Assembly (NCBI RefSeq): GCF_964204645.1
Contig: NC_134032.1
Span: forward strand, 6,994,275-7,058,274
Direction: 5' to 3'
Source: Tubulanus polymorphus
Lineage: Eukaryota; Animalia; Nemertea
Length of the DNA: 64,000 nucleotides
Below are positions 10,385-22,300 of the stretch, one piece after another; the first letter of the stretch is position 1; every line of letters starts with the position of its first letter. Both the position numbers and the translations under genes were made by a program. A model generated the notes under the pieces. The model ran no database searches, had not been told where the DNA came from, and saw nothing but the letters and a program-made list of their open reading frames with translations.

Positions 10385-11146
10385 TTACTCTTTACATCTT
10401 ATAACTAATTCATAAATTACAGGAAAGTTATTCAAATCAATTAAGTATCCATTATGATTTCTAATTTCTAATCTAAAATTATTAAAACTAGGAATGCATG
10501 GTTTGAAATCACATTCTGTTAAATTATAATTTATTTGCGTTCCAAATTCTTTAACATTCTTCAATGGTAAAATGTTTAGTAAACCAGAATTACAAGTTAT
10601 ATCTTTAGTTGCTTCGAATGTTTTTGTAGGATCAATTAAATTGCAATAAATATAAAAATGTGTGTAAGGTATTAAGTTTGGTGTAGTAGCGTCAATATTT
10701 GTAAAAGATCTATCTGGAAGAATTCCTAACAGTTTAGCTATAGGTTTTTTTACCATAAGTTTATGTTTTTCACTATTATACAACCTTATCTTTATTCTAT
10801 CAGAACTCTCACTGTTTAAAAATCTAATACTAAACCCAGAACTACTACCTAATTTGTGCCAGGCTTTTCTATTAATTTCTTGTGATAATGTATCTAAATT
10901 ATATAACCCTGGTTTTAAATATATATAGACCCATTCATTTTTATTTTTATTAAAAACTAAAAAGACTCTATGTTCAATAGACTTATCCGATACATTGTAA
11001 AAAGAATTACATAAACTTATATTTACTAATTTTAAATCTACACAATTCTTAAATTCTCTATCTAATTGTACTAATAAATTATGTGATTTATAATTTGTAA
11101 GTTTTCTAGAATCAACAAATATTCTGTATTCTTTTAATTCCACCAT
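10385..11146 (-). CDS. Minor capsid protein (penton, single jelly-roll, inferred)
   Basis: YIYCNLI, LLNILPL and FRLEIRNHNGYLIDLNNFPVIYELVI resemble Polinton penton motifs. Confidence 0.75.
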   Translation of the reverse strand: MVELKEYRIFVDSRKLTNYKSHNLLVQLDREFKNCVDLKLVNISLCNSFYNVSDKSIEHRVFLVFNKNKNEWVYIYLKPGLYNLDTLSQEINRKAWHKLGSSSGFSIRFLNSESSDRIKIRLYNSEKHKLMVKKPIAKLLGILPDRSFTNIDATTPNLIPYTHFYIYCNLIDPTKTFEATKDITCNSGLLNILPLKNVKEFGTQINYNLTECDFKPCIPSFNNFRLEIRNHNGYLIDLNNFPVIYELVIRCKE

Positions 11147-11163
11147 TTATTTTACATATTTTC

Positions 11164-11505
11164 TTATTCGAAATCTATTTCATGGTGCCCTTTTTCATTC
11201 TTACCTTTGTATACGAAATAGAAATCTCCAGAATATAATTCTTCTAGATCTTCACTTGATAATCTATGAAATCTATCTGGTAAATAAGTTCTGAATTTAT
11301 ATTTATTTCCTTTTAATCCTTCATATTCTAAATGAATTACTAATTTATCTCCATATTTATTAGTAATTGTTTCAATGTTAGTAATTAAATATTTCTTGTG
11401 AATTGTTAACTCAGTTAACTTTTTGAATTTATAATCTACAGATTTGACGCTTGAAGTATCTTTAATTCTATCTAAGAATTCACTGTGTACTTGTTTACTC
11501 TCCAT
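11164..11505 (-). CDS. Small protein next to PolB, possibly an OB-fold ssDNA-binding protein
   Basis: FKKLTEL...NKYGDKLVIHLE...TYLPDRF, beta-rich; orthologue at 32484-32837; function is inferred. Confidence 0.55.
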   Translation of the reverse strand: MESKQVHSEFLDRIKDTSSVKSVDYKFKKLTELTIHKKYLITNIETITNKYGDKLVIHLEYEGLKGNKYKFRTYLPDRFHRLSSEDLEELYSGDFYFVYKGKNEKGHHEIDFE

Positions 11506-11533
11506 TTGTTATACAAATTTTTATTGAAATTGA

Positions 11534-14500
11534 TTAACACGCTAGAATCCTTTTCATAATCTCATTTTCTTTTGTTTCTTCTCTTTTGAATTTTATATAT
11601 TCATCTAAATTGCAACCATAGGCGACTGTGTGGATTCCATCATCTAAAATATATCTTTTATCATCAAATGGGTTTAGACTTATCTTCTCTATCTCTTCAA
11701 TATACATTTCATGATCTTCAGATCTTAAACATTTCATCTTATGTTTTCTAACTTCTTCATTAAATATACAATTGATGTAATCTTTGAAATGAATATTCTT
11801 TTCAACAACGCTTTTGGTAATTCCTTTTAACTTTTTAGCTTCATGTTCTTTAGTTTTATATGAATACATTTTAGATCTAATACCAATGAACTCTATCATT
11901 TCTTCACCACCTAATTCATCTTTGAATTTACCGGGAACTTTTTTATTATCATTGCTAAACAATTCATGATTTTTAGGATAGTTACTGAAATCAAAATGGT
12001 GTTTTAATGTTTTTAAATCATCAGTTATGTTATCAGTTTTTATCTTTAATATGTAAGAATCTGTATCAAAGTATAGAATTTCTATGTGTTTTTCTCCAAA
12101 ATGGGGTTGTAATATGTTATAGTAAAATTTATACATTAATAACTTTGATAATTCTAAAACCGATGCACCAACATAAATAGGTTTATTGAACTTCATAGAA
12201 GTTCCCCTCATTTTAACTGCTGCTAAATTTTCATCAAATATTCTGTTACCTATAAACTTAGGATATGATTGTAAATGCCTTATCCTTTTACCATTACTAA
12301 CTAACTCAATATCATTTCTATTTCTTATGTTTTCACAAGTCTTACCATAGAATGCATTATTCATTAGTTTGAAGAAATCTTTCTCGAAATCAGTTTTAGC
12401 TTCAGTTCTCTGTGTAGTATTAAAATCTATATATTTTTCTAACCATTTAGATTGACTGAATGAAATATATCTATGTACTTTTTTTAATATCATTCCTTGA
12501 TTCAAATAAAACTTCAACATTCTATAATGTACTACATAATTATATTTATCTTCTTGAGTTACCATTAACTTTTCTGTATGAATATGATTTTCGGGTTTAA
12601 TTCTTTTTTGGTAATTTGATAATTCTTCATGAGTTACAGTTTTATGTTCGGGACAGTAAGCTAGATTTCTAGATTTGAATTTAATATTTTCAGGGTATTC
12701 TAAATCTACAACGAAGAAGTAACCAGTATCTGAATCATCTGCAATATCTAGAATTCTATTCTTCCAATCAAATTTATCAATTTGTAAAACTTCAGTTATT
12801 TCAAACATCCCATAAGGTTGTGGTTCCATCATTGCCCAACCATAAAGATTATTTGCATCTATGTATAATAATTTATATCCAGGATTATCATTTACATTGA
12901 AATATCTATCACCTAATACACCTGAAACACCTCCTCTTATAGATTTTTCAAATAATAGTAATTGATCTATATTTGTTAACAAATCCATTTTTATATCTGT
13001 AAATTTTAATCCACAATCCCATGTTAATCCTGGTGATGAATAACAATGACAAGGATCAATATTGAAATATTTTAGGTTTACATCTCTAAACCTTTCGAAT
13101 ATATCGGTTAATAATAATACATCTGATTTTAAATATAAATCTACTAATTGCCCATGATTTGTTATTTTGAAATGATTCCAAATATTCAATGTTCTATTAT
13201 AGACTTCATCTTTAACATATTCATTTTTTAATTCATCATAGAATTGTTCTTTCAATAATTCAGTTATTTTAAAATCATTATGATTTTTATAGAAAGAATA
13301 TGGAATAGCGCCTTTATATCTCATTAATTGAAAATCATCATTATTTGGGTAATATTCTTTTAATATCTTTAATTCATCATCAACCAATGATTTTGATAGA
13401 TTGTCTAATGAACTACTTAAAAATCTATATGAATCTATAAATCTTAGACAACCAAATTGGAATGATATATAATTCTCAGATGTTTTAGCTAACATTCTAA
13501 ATTTATAAGTTGGTATTTTATCTTTTGATCTATTTGAATTTAATATTTCTATTTCATTATTAATTTCTTCTATTTTATGACATAACTGTTTGATAAATAA
13601 ATGTGCATCATATCCTGATAGATTATGAAATATAACTGGTACAAAGTTAATTTTCTTAGCTTGTAAGTTACAATTCTCATGTGCAGCGCCTCTAAACTTT
13701 CCATTCAAATGATCATGGTCTCTTACTTTTTTATCTTTATAATTAAATATCTTTTCACAATAATAACATTTATCTGCAAACTCAAATTCTTCTTTATCTT
13801 CTTCTGTCATAATTATTTCTTTATTTGTATTCAATAATTTACTAAATCTTATTTCATATTCAATTAATAAGTCACAAAAATGATTGATAACATTTTCATT
13901 TCTATAATTATAATATTCACTTTCGATTAGTTCTGGATAATTAGATTTAATATATAACCCGAAAGCTGCAGCTGATTGATGAATCTTTTTAATTGTATTT
14001 GTTATTGGTGGTTCATCAGAAAAATCATTTTCATTAAAATTTAATTTCTTTCTTTTATAATATATTTCTTTTCTATCTTGATCAGTTAGTTCTTTATTTA
14101 ATGATTCAAAATCTCCATATATTACAAATGGTACTTTATTTTTGTAATCATATTTTTTGAATTCTAATATTTTATCCTTTTCATTTGGTAAAACTAATTT
14201 ACAATAATCATGATTATCACATAGTTGTTTATGATTTAATAATGTACTTTCATTACTAAATTTATGTAAACATTTTCTACATAGATATATTTTATTATGG
14301 TGATCACTTTCTGTTCTAAAAAATAAATCTATTTGTTTAATCCACATATAATGATTCTCATAATATAGTATATCTATAACATCATTTGAATCATAATCTT
14401 TTGATAGGTATAAAGGTTCTAATGTATAATGTTTAATATTATTTCCTTTTGTATTTGGTAATTTGATTAAATCAAATACATTTATCTTTATATTATTATC

Positions 14501-15568
14501 TCTTTCTATTTTTGGGATGTTTTTAATTCTAACAGGATACTTATCTATCTTATAATTATTTTCAAATTGTTTATAATGAGTTAATCTAAAACTATGTTGT
14601 TTATAATCTTCAACTGGGTGTAAACAACTTATTATAGCCCATAGAAAACATTTTTTATCAAAATTTTGTATGTTTATTACTGCTTTTGTTGTAAATGGTA
14701 ATTTAATATAACTTGTTCCATTTATACTATCATCTTTATAATATGATAAATTATTTTCATCAATTGGTTTTGATTTAGTTAACTTATTATATTTTGTGTT
14801 ATAAACATGTAAAGTTATAAATATTATCTCATCAAATATTAAACCAGATCCTTCAAAATATTTCTCTTCTATTTTAGTTTTTACTTCATTATAACATTTA
14901 TCTAATTTATCATCTATATGTTGTTTAGATATAATATGTTGTGAATGAGAATTTATATTATATATTGGTTTATCTTCAGATTTTATAAACTTTACTTTAA
15001 CTGATATACTAATTTTAGGATATTCAACATCTGTAATTATTTTTATTATTTCTTTCATATTTTCTAAATGTTTTTTATTTTCTTCTATTGTTTTACTTTT
15101 ATGAAATTTAAACTCGATAGCTGCTGGACCAATATCACTTTTAAATGCTTCGGTTATCTCTATATCTTTTTTATTATCTAATGAATTAATATAATTTCTT
15201 ACATCTTCCATGTATGGTCTTTTATTGTTTAATTTATTTTTTATGCTTTTAATTATCTTCTGTTTCTTATCGTTATCATTATCAAAATAATCTTCACCTA
15301 AAATATCATTATTCTTATTTCTAATATGACTTATAGATTTTAAATGTTCATTATAATATCTTTTATCACTGAATGATTGATTACATGTATCACATTTATA
15401 TGTTTCTTTTTCATTCTTTAATTCTTCTAATTTAGTTTCTAATATATCATCTTCATATTCTAGTTTCAATTTATTCTCTAAATGTGTTCTAGTTTTATTG
15501 TGTCTTGCTTTTTGGGATTTATCTATATCGATATTACATGTTGGGCAGTAGTACTTATTTGCTTCCAT
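11534..15568 (-). CDS. polB: Protein-primed family B DNA polymerase (intact, 1344 aa)
   Basis: Exo motifs YGDFES, FHNLSGYDAH, YLKSDV; Pol motifs YIDANNLYG, KLMNNAFYGK, YFDTDS; N-terminal Zn fingers; EndoVII-like CYYC...RDHDH...AHENCN. Confidence 0.96.
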   Translation of the reverse strand: MEANKYYCPTCNIDIDKSQKARHNKTRTHLENKLKLEYEDDILETKLEELKNEKETYKCDTCNQSFSDKRYYNEHLKSISHIRNKNNDILGEDYFDNDNDKKQKIIKSIKNKLNNKRPYMEDVRNYINSLDNKKDIEITEAFKSDIGPAAIEFKFHKSKTIEENKKHLENMKEIIKIITDVEYPKISISVKVKFIKSEDKPIYNINSHSQHIISKQHIDDKLDKCYNEVKTKIEEKYFEGSGLIFDEIIFITLHVYNTKYNKLTKSKPIDENNLSYYKDDSINGTSYIKLPFTTKAVINIQNFDKKCFLWAIISCLHPVEDYKQHSFRLTHYKQFENNYKIDKYPVRIKNIPKIERDNNIKINVFDLIKLPNTKGNNIKHYTLEPLYLSKDYDSNDVIDILYYENHYMWIKQIDLFFRTESDHHNKIYLCRKCLHKFSNESTLLNHKQLCDNHDYCKLVLPNEKDKILEFKKYDYKNKVPFVIYGDFESLNKELTDQDRKEIYYKRKKLNFNENDFSDEPPITNTIKKIHQSAAAFGLYIKSNYPELIESEYYNYRNENVINHFCDLLIEYEIRFSKLLNTNKEIIMTEEDKEEFEFADKCYYCEKIFNYKDKKVRDHDHLNGKFRGAAHENCNLQAKKINFVPVIFHNLSGYDAHLFIKQLCHKIEEINNEIEILNSNRSKDKIPTYKFRMLAKTSENYISFQFGCLRFIDSYRFLSSSLDNLSKSLVDDELKILKEYYPNNDDFQLMRYKGAIPYSFYKNHNDFKITELLKEQFYDELKNEYVKDEVYNRTLNIWNHFKITNHGQLVDLYLKSDVLLLTDIFERFRDVNLKYFNIDPCHCYSSPGLTWDCGLKFTDIKMDLLTNIDQLLLFEKSIRGGVSGVLGDRYFNVNDNPGYKLLYIDANNLYGWAMMEPQPYGMFEITEVLQIDKFDWKNRILDIADDSDTGYFFVVDLEYPENIKFKSRNLAYCPEHKTVTHEELSNYQKRIKPENHIHTEKLMVTQEDKYNYVVHYRMLKFYLNQGMILKKVHRYISFSQSKWLEKYIDFNTTQRTEAKTDFEKDFFKLMNNAFYGKTCENIRNRNDIELVSNGKRIRHLQSYPKFIGNRIFDENLAAVKMRGTSMKFNKPIYVGASVLELSKLLMYKFYYNILQPHFGEKHIEILYFDTDSYILKIKTDNITDDLKTLKHHFDFSNYPKNHELFSNDNKKVPGKFKDELGGEEMIEFIGIRSKMYSYKTKEHEAKKLKGITKSVVEKNIHFKDYINCIFNEEVRKHKMKCLRSEDHEMYIEEIEKISLNPFDDKRYILDDGIHTVAYGCNLDEYIKFKREETKENEIMKRILAC

Positions 15569-15648
15569 TTTAATACTATATTTTTTATTAAAATTGATTT
15601 TAGAAGTTCAATGATTTAAATGTTATTCATATATATGAATATTTTAAG

Positions 15649-15916
15649 AGTAATAGGGATAATAGGCTTTCAAGCTAAAGGTTGAACGGGCGGGTGAGTA
15701 AAAATGAAAAACATAAAAATAATTACAATTTCTACTTGAATTAGGAGTGAAACTCATAAAAATGAAAAATTAATTCGAGCGTGTGAGAATTAATTTTTCA
15801 TTTTTATGAGTTTCGCGAGTAATTCAAGTAGAAATTGTAATTATTTTTATGTTTTTTCATTTTTTACGAGCTCGACCGTTCGACCTTTGGCTTGAAAGCC
15901 TATTATCCCTATTACT
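15649..15916. repeat. E1 right terminal fold-back palindrome (268 bp)
   Basis: agtaatagggataataggctttcaagc ... gcttgaaagcctattatccctattact, pairing inward to a loop near 15780. Confidence 0.92.
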
Positions 15917-15978
15917 AACAACGTAAAGCTCTGTCGTCTCCCAAGGTATCGCAAATTGGGACCGAACCAAATAAAGCG

Positions 15979-16401
15979 ATGGGTGACGTTATGACTGAGT
16001 TACGGGACATGTTCTGCCAAATTATGGACATCCAGAAGTCTACCCGTACTCAGCGGAATGATAGAGCCACATTTTATAGCGAAAGCCGCCCGTCACAAAG
16101 GTCACAGGATGGCCAGGTAACGTGCTATCAATGTCACGCCCCTGGTCATTACGCCAGGAATTGCCCGACGTGGCGTTACGACCAACAAAGGTCACCAAAT
16201 CGGGACGCATTTCAGCGTGATAATCGCCGTCCCCAAAATGCTAGTAGGGGTCAGTTTCGGCCACAGAATATTGGGCGAGGCTCCCAAGGGGCTAATCGAA
16301 CATTTAGTCAGGGAAACGACCGGAGACCTCATCCTATGGACCGACAAGGGTGGGGTCGCGCAATGATTGGTCAAAAGAGCCCTCGCCCGTTTCGGCGATA
16401 A
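15979..16401 (+). pseudogene. LTR-retrotransposon gag C-terminal remnant with CCHC zinc knuckle
   Basis: CYQCHAPGHYARNC followed by an R/G/Q-rich tail; E1 abuts it. Confidence 0.8.
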
Positions 16402-16890
16402 TGAGTGATTTTTGGTGGGATGACACATATTCGGGTTATCATAGTATGATAATGACAGTCCGGTAATTGATAATTATATTTTTGATGATGTTGATGATTA
16501 TTTTGAGGACGATAGGGATGATATATTTGACATGTTATTTGATCAGGGCGACATGCTAGCTGATTCAGTTGACGATTATTTTGGACCTGAGGAAAACTGT
16601 ACTGCGTATTACTTTCATGACAATGAGACTCTGAATTAAGATAGGTTTGCCGGCCATCACACTCCTTCATGGGGTGCTGATGACGTTTGTGATATTCAAG
16701 ATCGTAACTTTGGGGATAGCTGGAGGGACAATTCCCAGTTGTCGTTAGATGGAAATTTTTATATGGATCAGGGATCCCATTTTGAGGACATCTGGAGGGA
16801 CAATTCCCAGTTGTCAGCTACTTACGAGCATATAAAAAGACACAGGAGGGTTACGTTTAGCGATCCGGTTAAATTGCAGGAGGTGATCTT

Positions 16891-18108
16891 GTGTCATCAG
16901 GTTCAAGTAGTAGTAATAATTCACGATCGGAATGTCTTAATGATCAGAGTAATATGGAAACTATTTTGTCAAAGATATCTAGTCAGGAGTCAATGTCGGA
17001 GAATTTGTGTCACTCGTTTGAAAGAGGACAGAACTTTCCTGTCACCTCAAATGCCAGCAGTTTCCACCATCCAGTTGGGGATGGAATGTCCCATGAACAG
17101 GACAGAGGTCAAGTTGTCCTCACGTCGAAACCGATTATGCCAATCATCGAAAATGTTGGGATAGGAGATTCGAACTCCGATTGTCAACCAACTGTTCACT
17201 GTCAGGAACAACTTCCACCTGTTACGACGACTTTAGGTGACACGCCAACCAACGACATAGGGTCCCTTTCCAGTCAGAACAACACTATTGGACAGGAGGC
17301 TTATTCCCCGTCAATCATGGCAACTGCCGCCAACCGAGTGACTGGTAGTCATTCAGGGACACCGTTAAACATTTTGATTGATACGGGTGCCGATATTTCT
17401 GTACTCTCAAAGAATTACTTCATCAATCTTCCTCAGATATCGAATGGCCCTTTGCTGGAGGGACAATTTCAGTCCACCCGTGGGGTAGATGGTACTAAGT
17501 TTTATTTAAAAGGTGTTATTTCCGTAGATTTTGTATTAGGAAATTTGGACGTGTCACATTCTATGTACGTGGTGGATGGAGTCACCTCGGACTTCATTCT
17601 CGGAGTTGATTTCCTGGAACGAAACCAGGCAGTTATCGATTATGCTAAAAAGGCTCTCTTGTTGCCAGGCGTCGACATAATTTACTTTAGTAATGATGTC
17701 ATCTTGGGGAAATCTTCGTCGGTTAAAGTCACGCGTATGACTGTTATTCCCCCTTCATGCGATGTCACCGTAGACCGTAAGTGGTTAATTGACAAGTCTC
17801 AGTCATCGATTGCAGCCTTTGAGCCTGTACATTATTTGAGAATGCGTGATCTCATGAGCGCAAGGTCAGTTGTTAGCGTCATGCCATCAAGGCATAGGCT
17901 TCGGGTCACAAACCCTACGTCACGACACGTCACCCTCTTTGAAGATACGTGTCGTAGTGATTCGTGGACAGATGGGTGGTCACTTGACCGATCACTCAAA
18001 ACAGAGGCGAAGTCAGGCCAGCTTCCGCGGCCACCGGAGGTGTCTGTCACACATGTGGAAGACCCTCAGACGTCAGACGAAATTTGTAAGTATAATCGAA
18101 TTATTTAG
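16891..18108 (+). pseudogene. Ty3/gypsy-type aspartic protease remnant
   Basis: LIDTGADISV and DFILGVDFL; no downstream RT seen. Confidence 0.82.
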
Positions 18109-19388
18109 AGTTTGGATCAAGATGCATACGTCCTATTGAAAATTATGAATTGTATACGGTGAGCGTCTCTTCAGTAAGTTGTCAAAATATAATTACTTAA
18201 GTGTTGTGAAACTGAAGTATATATAACGCATTGTTGCCAATGAGTTAACTCATGATCTGGGTTTAATCTAATATAGGAGATAAAGACAACCATAAATAAA
18301 AGTGAATAATAGCTTGATTGTCGTGATATTGGTTTTTTTTGCTGAAATATCACTAGTCTCTAGGGTTTATTATCTGTAGTCTGAATGGATGTCATTGATT
18401 GTCAGTTAGAAAAGAAAGAGTTATGAAATTTTTATATAATCTCTGTGTTTTTATTTGATTGTAAGGTACCCTTATCGGATGTGTGAAGATGAGACCGTCG
18501 GTATATGACAGCACTACGATGGAAGAATGTCTTCTTCTGTCAACCGCAATAGATGTTGACGGGTACCCCCCTGATAGTGACCATATGGAGATGGGGACTT
18601 GTTGGGAGGTATCCTGAAACTCTATTCGACGCAACTGATAGTTTGAAAAACCAGCAACTGGTATGCTCTGGCCGAGATGGGTGATATTAATTCACCGATT
18701 CGTCAATTAACGAGGAAAAAGGAACAACTATATACAGCCTACAACAACGATCTAGGGCGTTGCCGTTTCAACGGGATGGAATCATGCTCGATGATTAGTC
18801 ATGCGATTATGGCCATGGTTAGCGGTGCTTGTCACTCTCGAAGACTTGCTATATACTCACAAACTTAAGTGATGAAGGGTGGACAAAGACACCTGGCCAA
18901 TGCGATACGAAATGTGAAGAAAAGTGATAATTTCCGTAGACATTTTAGCGGAGTGAAGCCGAGTGTGTTCAAGATGGCTCCCGCGTAGTTACATTAACAT
19001 TCGATGGAATGTTGTTCGCTCAAGCCGTAAGATGCGAATGCATTACTGTTATATACTAGCTGTGGAGAAAAGACTCCGATATTCACCATAGAACTGTAAC
19101 GTCTATGTGTACCAGTGAGCGTGTTTTAGTAAAGAAAGAATGCGGATTGCCGTACTGAACGATTTAGCGGTATGAGTTGCGGGAACTGCGGTGGATGACG
19201 TCATTCGTCCGTCCATGACGTACCTTGTTGTGTCTGGTAGCTGTTGCGTCACTTCGCGGTAAATTCTAAACTCAAACTGTGAACTGTTTTGTGCTTAACT
19301 TTCGACTGTTTAGTGTGCGGGCACAGCGGTCTCGAATGAACTTTTTTTTCCGATTGGGTATCCAGAACTTTAAATACGGTTTTAAGCA

Positions 19389-22300
19389 TGTATGCGACAA
19401 ATAAGGAAAATACAGTTAATTTCCCTGTTTTCGGCTTAAATTTGAAGTAGGTGAAAACCTGTTTTCTTTGAATTGAAGTCACGGGAACCACTTAACCTCA
19501 TTTTCAAGCCGGCTTAGAATTGGCGATGTCGTGTTATTATGTCATTGATTTGCACAAAACGGACACCAGTATAATCAAATTCCCATCCTCGATGGCAAGC
19601 GTTTCCAACAACCCAGCAACAGTGAGTTCCGGGAACTCCTTTTGACATGGAATGTCGGAAACGAAGCCTTCGATAAATTCCCGTCTTTCTAATGGCCCAA
19701 TAGGGTCAAATACCGTGATTTACGGATCTGAGAGTTAACGCGGCATTAAAAATTCTAAACCTGCCAGGCAATCGAATTTAAAAACTAGAAAATAAAGAAA
19801 AACTCCCAAAAAAACTATTCTATCTTATATATTACTATTGTTAAGTCCATTACATATAAACCTAAATTGAAACCTCATTAATCAGTGGGTTGTACACTAT
19901 TATCTTTATGATATATTATAATAATCGAAATTTTAAGTTCCAAAACCTGAAACAAAGTTCCCGTAACTATGAAAGTCACAATTATTATAGGGAAGTTACT
20001 TTATCAAATTCTGATAAAGTTACTGTAACAGTAGGCCATGATGGGCGTCAGGAAATAAACAGTCAATCTTTACTACAATGCTGCATTAGTGCTTTGACTA
20101 TTAATATAAATCTCCAACAATAATCTATCGCGATGCTCGCACAAATACCCGTGCCTAAATCCGTATTATCGGGGTATTAAAATGGTCTGATCGCTTTTGT
20201 TTTATATGGCGAATTTATCGATTTCAATCGAAAAATATACCCTAAGCAATTGTTTCTGAAGTATACTTCAGAAACAATATTGTTTATTATTCTCAATTAT
20301 CATTTGATCACTGTCACCTAGAGTTGATAAACAAGGTTCTGAAATAGTAATTCTGATCATAGATCATTTTAGAAACCCGTGGATAATATTTTTCACAACG
20401 GTGTTGAGGAATATGTGTATGTAAAATCAGTGAATTAATGCTAAATAGAAATTATTCATTTTCACGTGACCTTAATTAGCCAATGGTCTAATTCTATGGA
20501 CTGAGTTTCGAATCTAATCAACAACTCGTACTCCTCGAATCAAAATGTCCTCAAGTTATCAATCCTTAAAATGATTCGTGTGCTTCGCTAGCTCAGTACA
20601 CTTTGAAGGGATTACTGTCGATCATCTAGTGCTCAGTAGAAATAGTCAAATCATTATATGTTTTTCTTAATCAAGATGAGAATCATCGATTAACATGTTA
20701 TGAAATTCAATTTGGAAGGGCGAGATTTTCATGTGGCGGATTATTACCCGTTACCCGGATAGACTCACGCTTATCAATCAACAACCGTATTAATGCGTCA
20801 CAAATACACATTCAAAATATATCAGAAAATTTCGTAGACCTGCAATGGGCCCGATAACTAAATTATGTGTATCAATGTATATCATATTTTGTATTATTAA
20901 TCTATATATACAATGTTTGAATTTGAAGGTCAGTATTTGCCTAAAGATGTTCATTGCACATTTTAGACATCATCGTTATTGATAGTGTGGTTTTCCTTTT
21001 TTCTTGCAAGATCTGAAACGAACTGCAGAGATGTATTCGAATTTTCGTAAGTCCATTTTAATTTTAAAGCAGAGTAGCGAATATTGGATCCCGTTGACTA
21101 TTGACCTCCTCAGTTGTTTTTGTTATAGCGTGCTCATGGTGCAACTATGGCGATATCCTCTTGTTTTTGTATAAGGTAACGGGCTTCAATAGAAATGGCC
21201 CAATTTATTTTGGGATGGATTAAAACTAAGTATTCTTGAGCGCTCTTGAGAGCGGCTGAACGATCGTGAACATTAGCAACCCTATAGTTTATACAGTGAG
21301 ACCACCACCTACAGTGTCTCCTATGCGATCTGTATGTAGGTTCATTAGCATAGATTCATCAAATACTGGTTGGACACATGAAAAAATAATTTCTTTACTA
21401 GAATTTAGGGTGTAGGAGTCAGCACTTCAGACCCTATTTTTCATACACTAGTTTTCATTACCGATTATTTCAATCTGTGTCGCAATAGACTTATCGTTTT
21501 CACTATTATGTTAACCATAGCGTGCCTTTATAGTCTATGTGTTAATATTAACTTTCGGACTATTTATTCGTTGAAATCGAGAGCAGAAAATACAGTCAAT
21601 ATGGCTCAGTTATTTCAGAATTTCAAAGTAGGCCTATATAATGACGACGCTAAAAGCCCCAGATCGTTGCTTGCTGTTCAGGTTGAATGGAATTGTTTAC
21701 TGAACTGGAATTTCCTAACGGGATTTTTTATATAAACTGAAGTCTTTTTTTCAAATCCTATAAGTTAATTCTTCAACTGGATGTAATTATATTTCGTCAG
21801 TAATAGAATTCCAGAGCAGACATCAAACCAATACGTCGACCTACCAATAAAAGATGAAACTTGCTTTAACTAGTAATTACTAATTATTATCTTACCTACC
21901 TACATTATAGATATTATTGAAGTTTTCAGTAAAAAAGCCATAACAGAATTCACATTACATGAACCACTACCACAAAATAAGCTTTTCGTCTTATTCCCAA
22001 AGGCACTGGTTCAACACAAATCAGTTATCTATTTTTTACTAGCATGCAAGGCAAAACATTCAAATGTTCTTTGATATATTCTAAATGTATTCTTGATTGC
22101 TTTTATTTCTATTAACGGAATTAATGGAAAGTTGTTTAGCTGAATCACAGTATCGTCTCGCAACTGGATCTTTTATGGCACAGGGTATTATACCTTTTTC
22201 CACTTTCGGGTTATTTTCAAAGTGATTCACAATACACGAGCGGATCTATTGATGTATGATAGTGATGGTGATCGAATTCTAATTTAAGATAATCATGATA

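Larger units (their letters stand above)
439..15916. mobile_element. Polinton/Maverick-like element copy E1 (left end disrupted, right terminus intact)
   Basis: Contains pPolB, rve integrase, A32-like ATPase, MCP and penton ORFs; ends ...CCCTATTACT at 15916 like E2; colinear with E2 (inverted) and E3. Confidence 0.93.

Noticed and set aside
776-15568. Bacterial prophage or tectivirus interpretation
   Set aside because: rve-chromodomain integrase, 6-bp TSD, no evident Shine-Dalgarno pattern and flanking LTR retrotransposons indicate a eukaryotic Polinton
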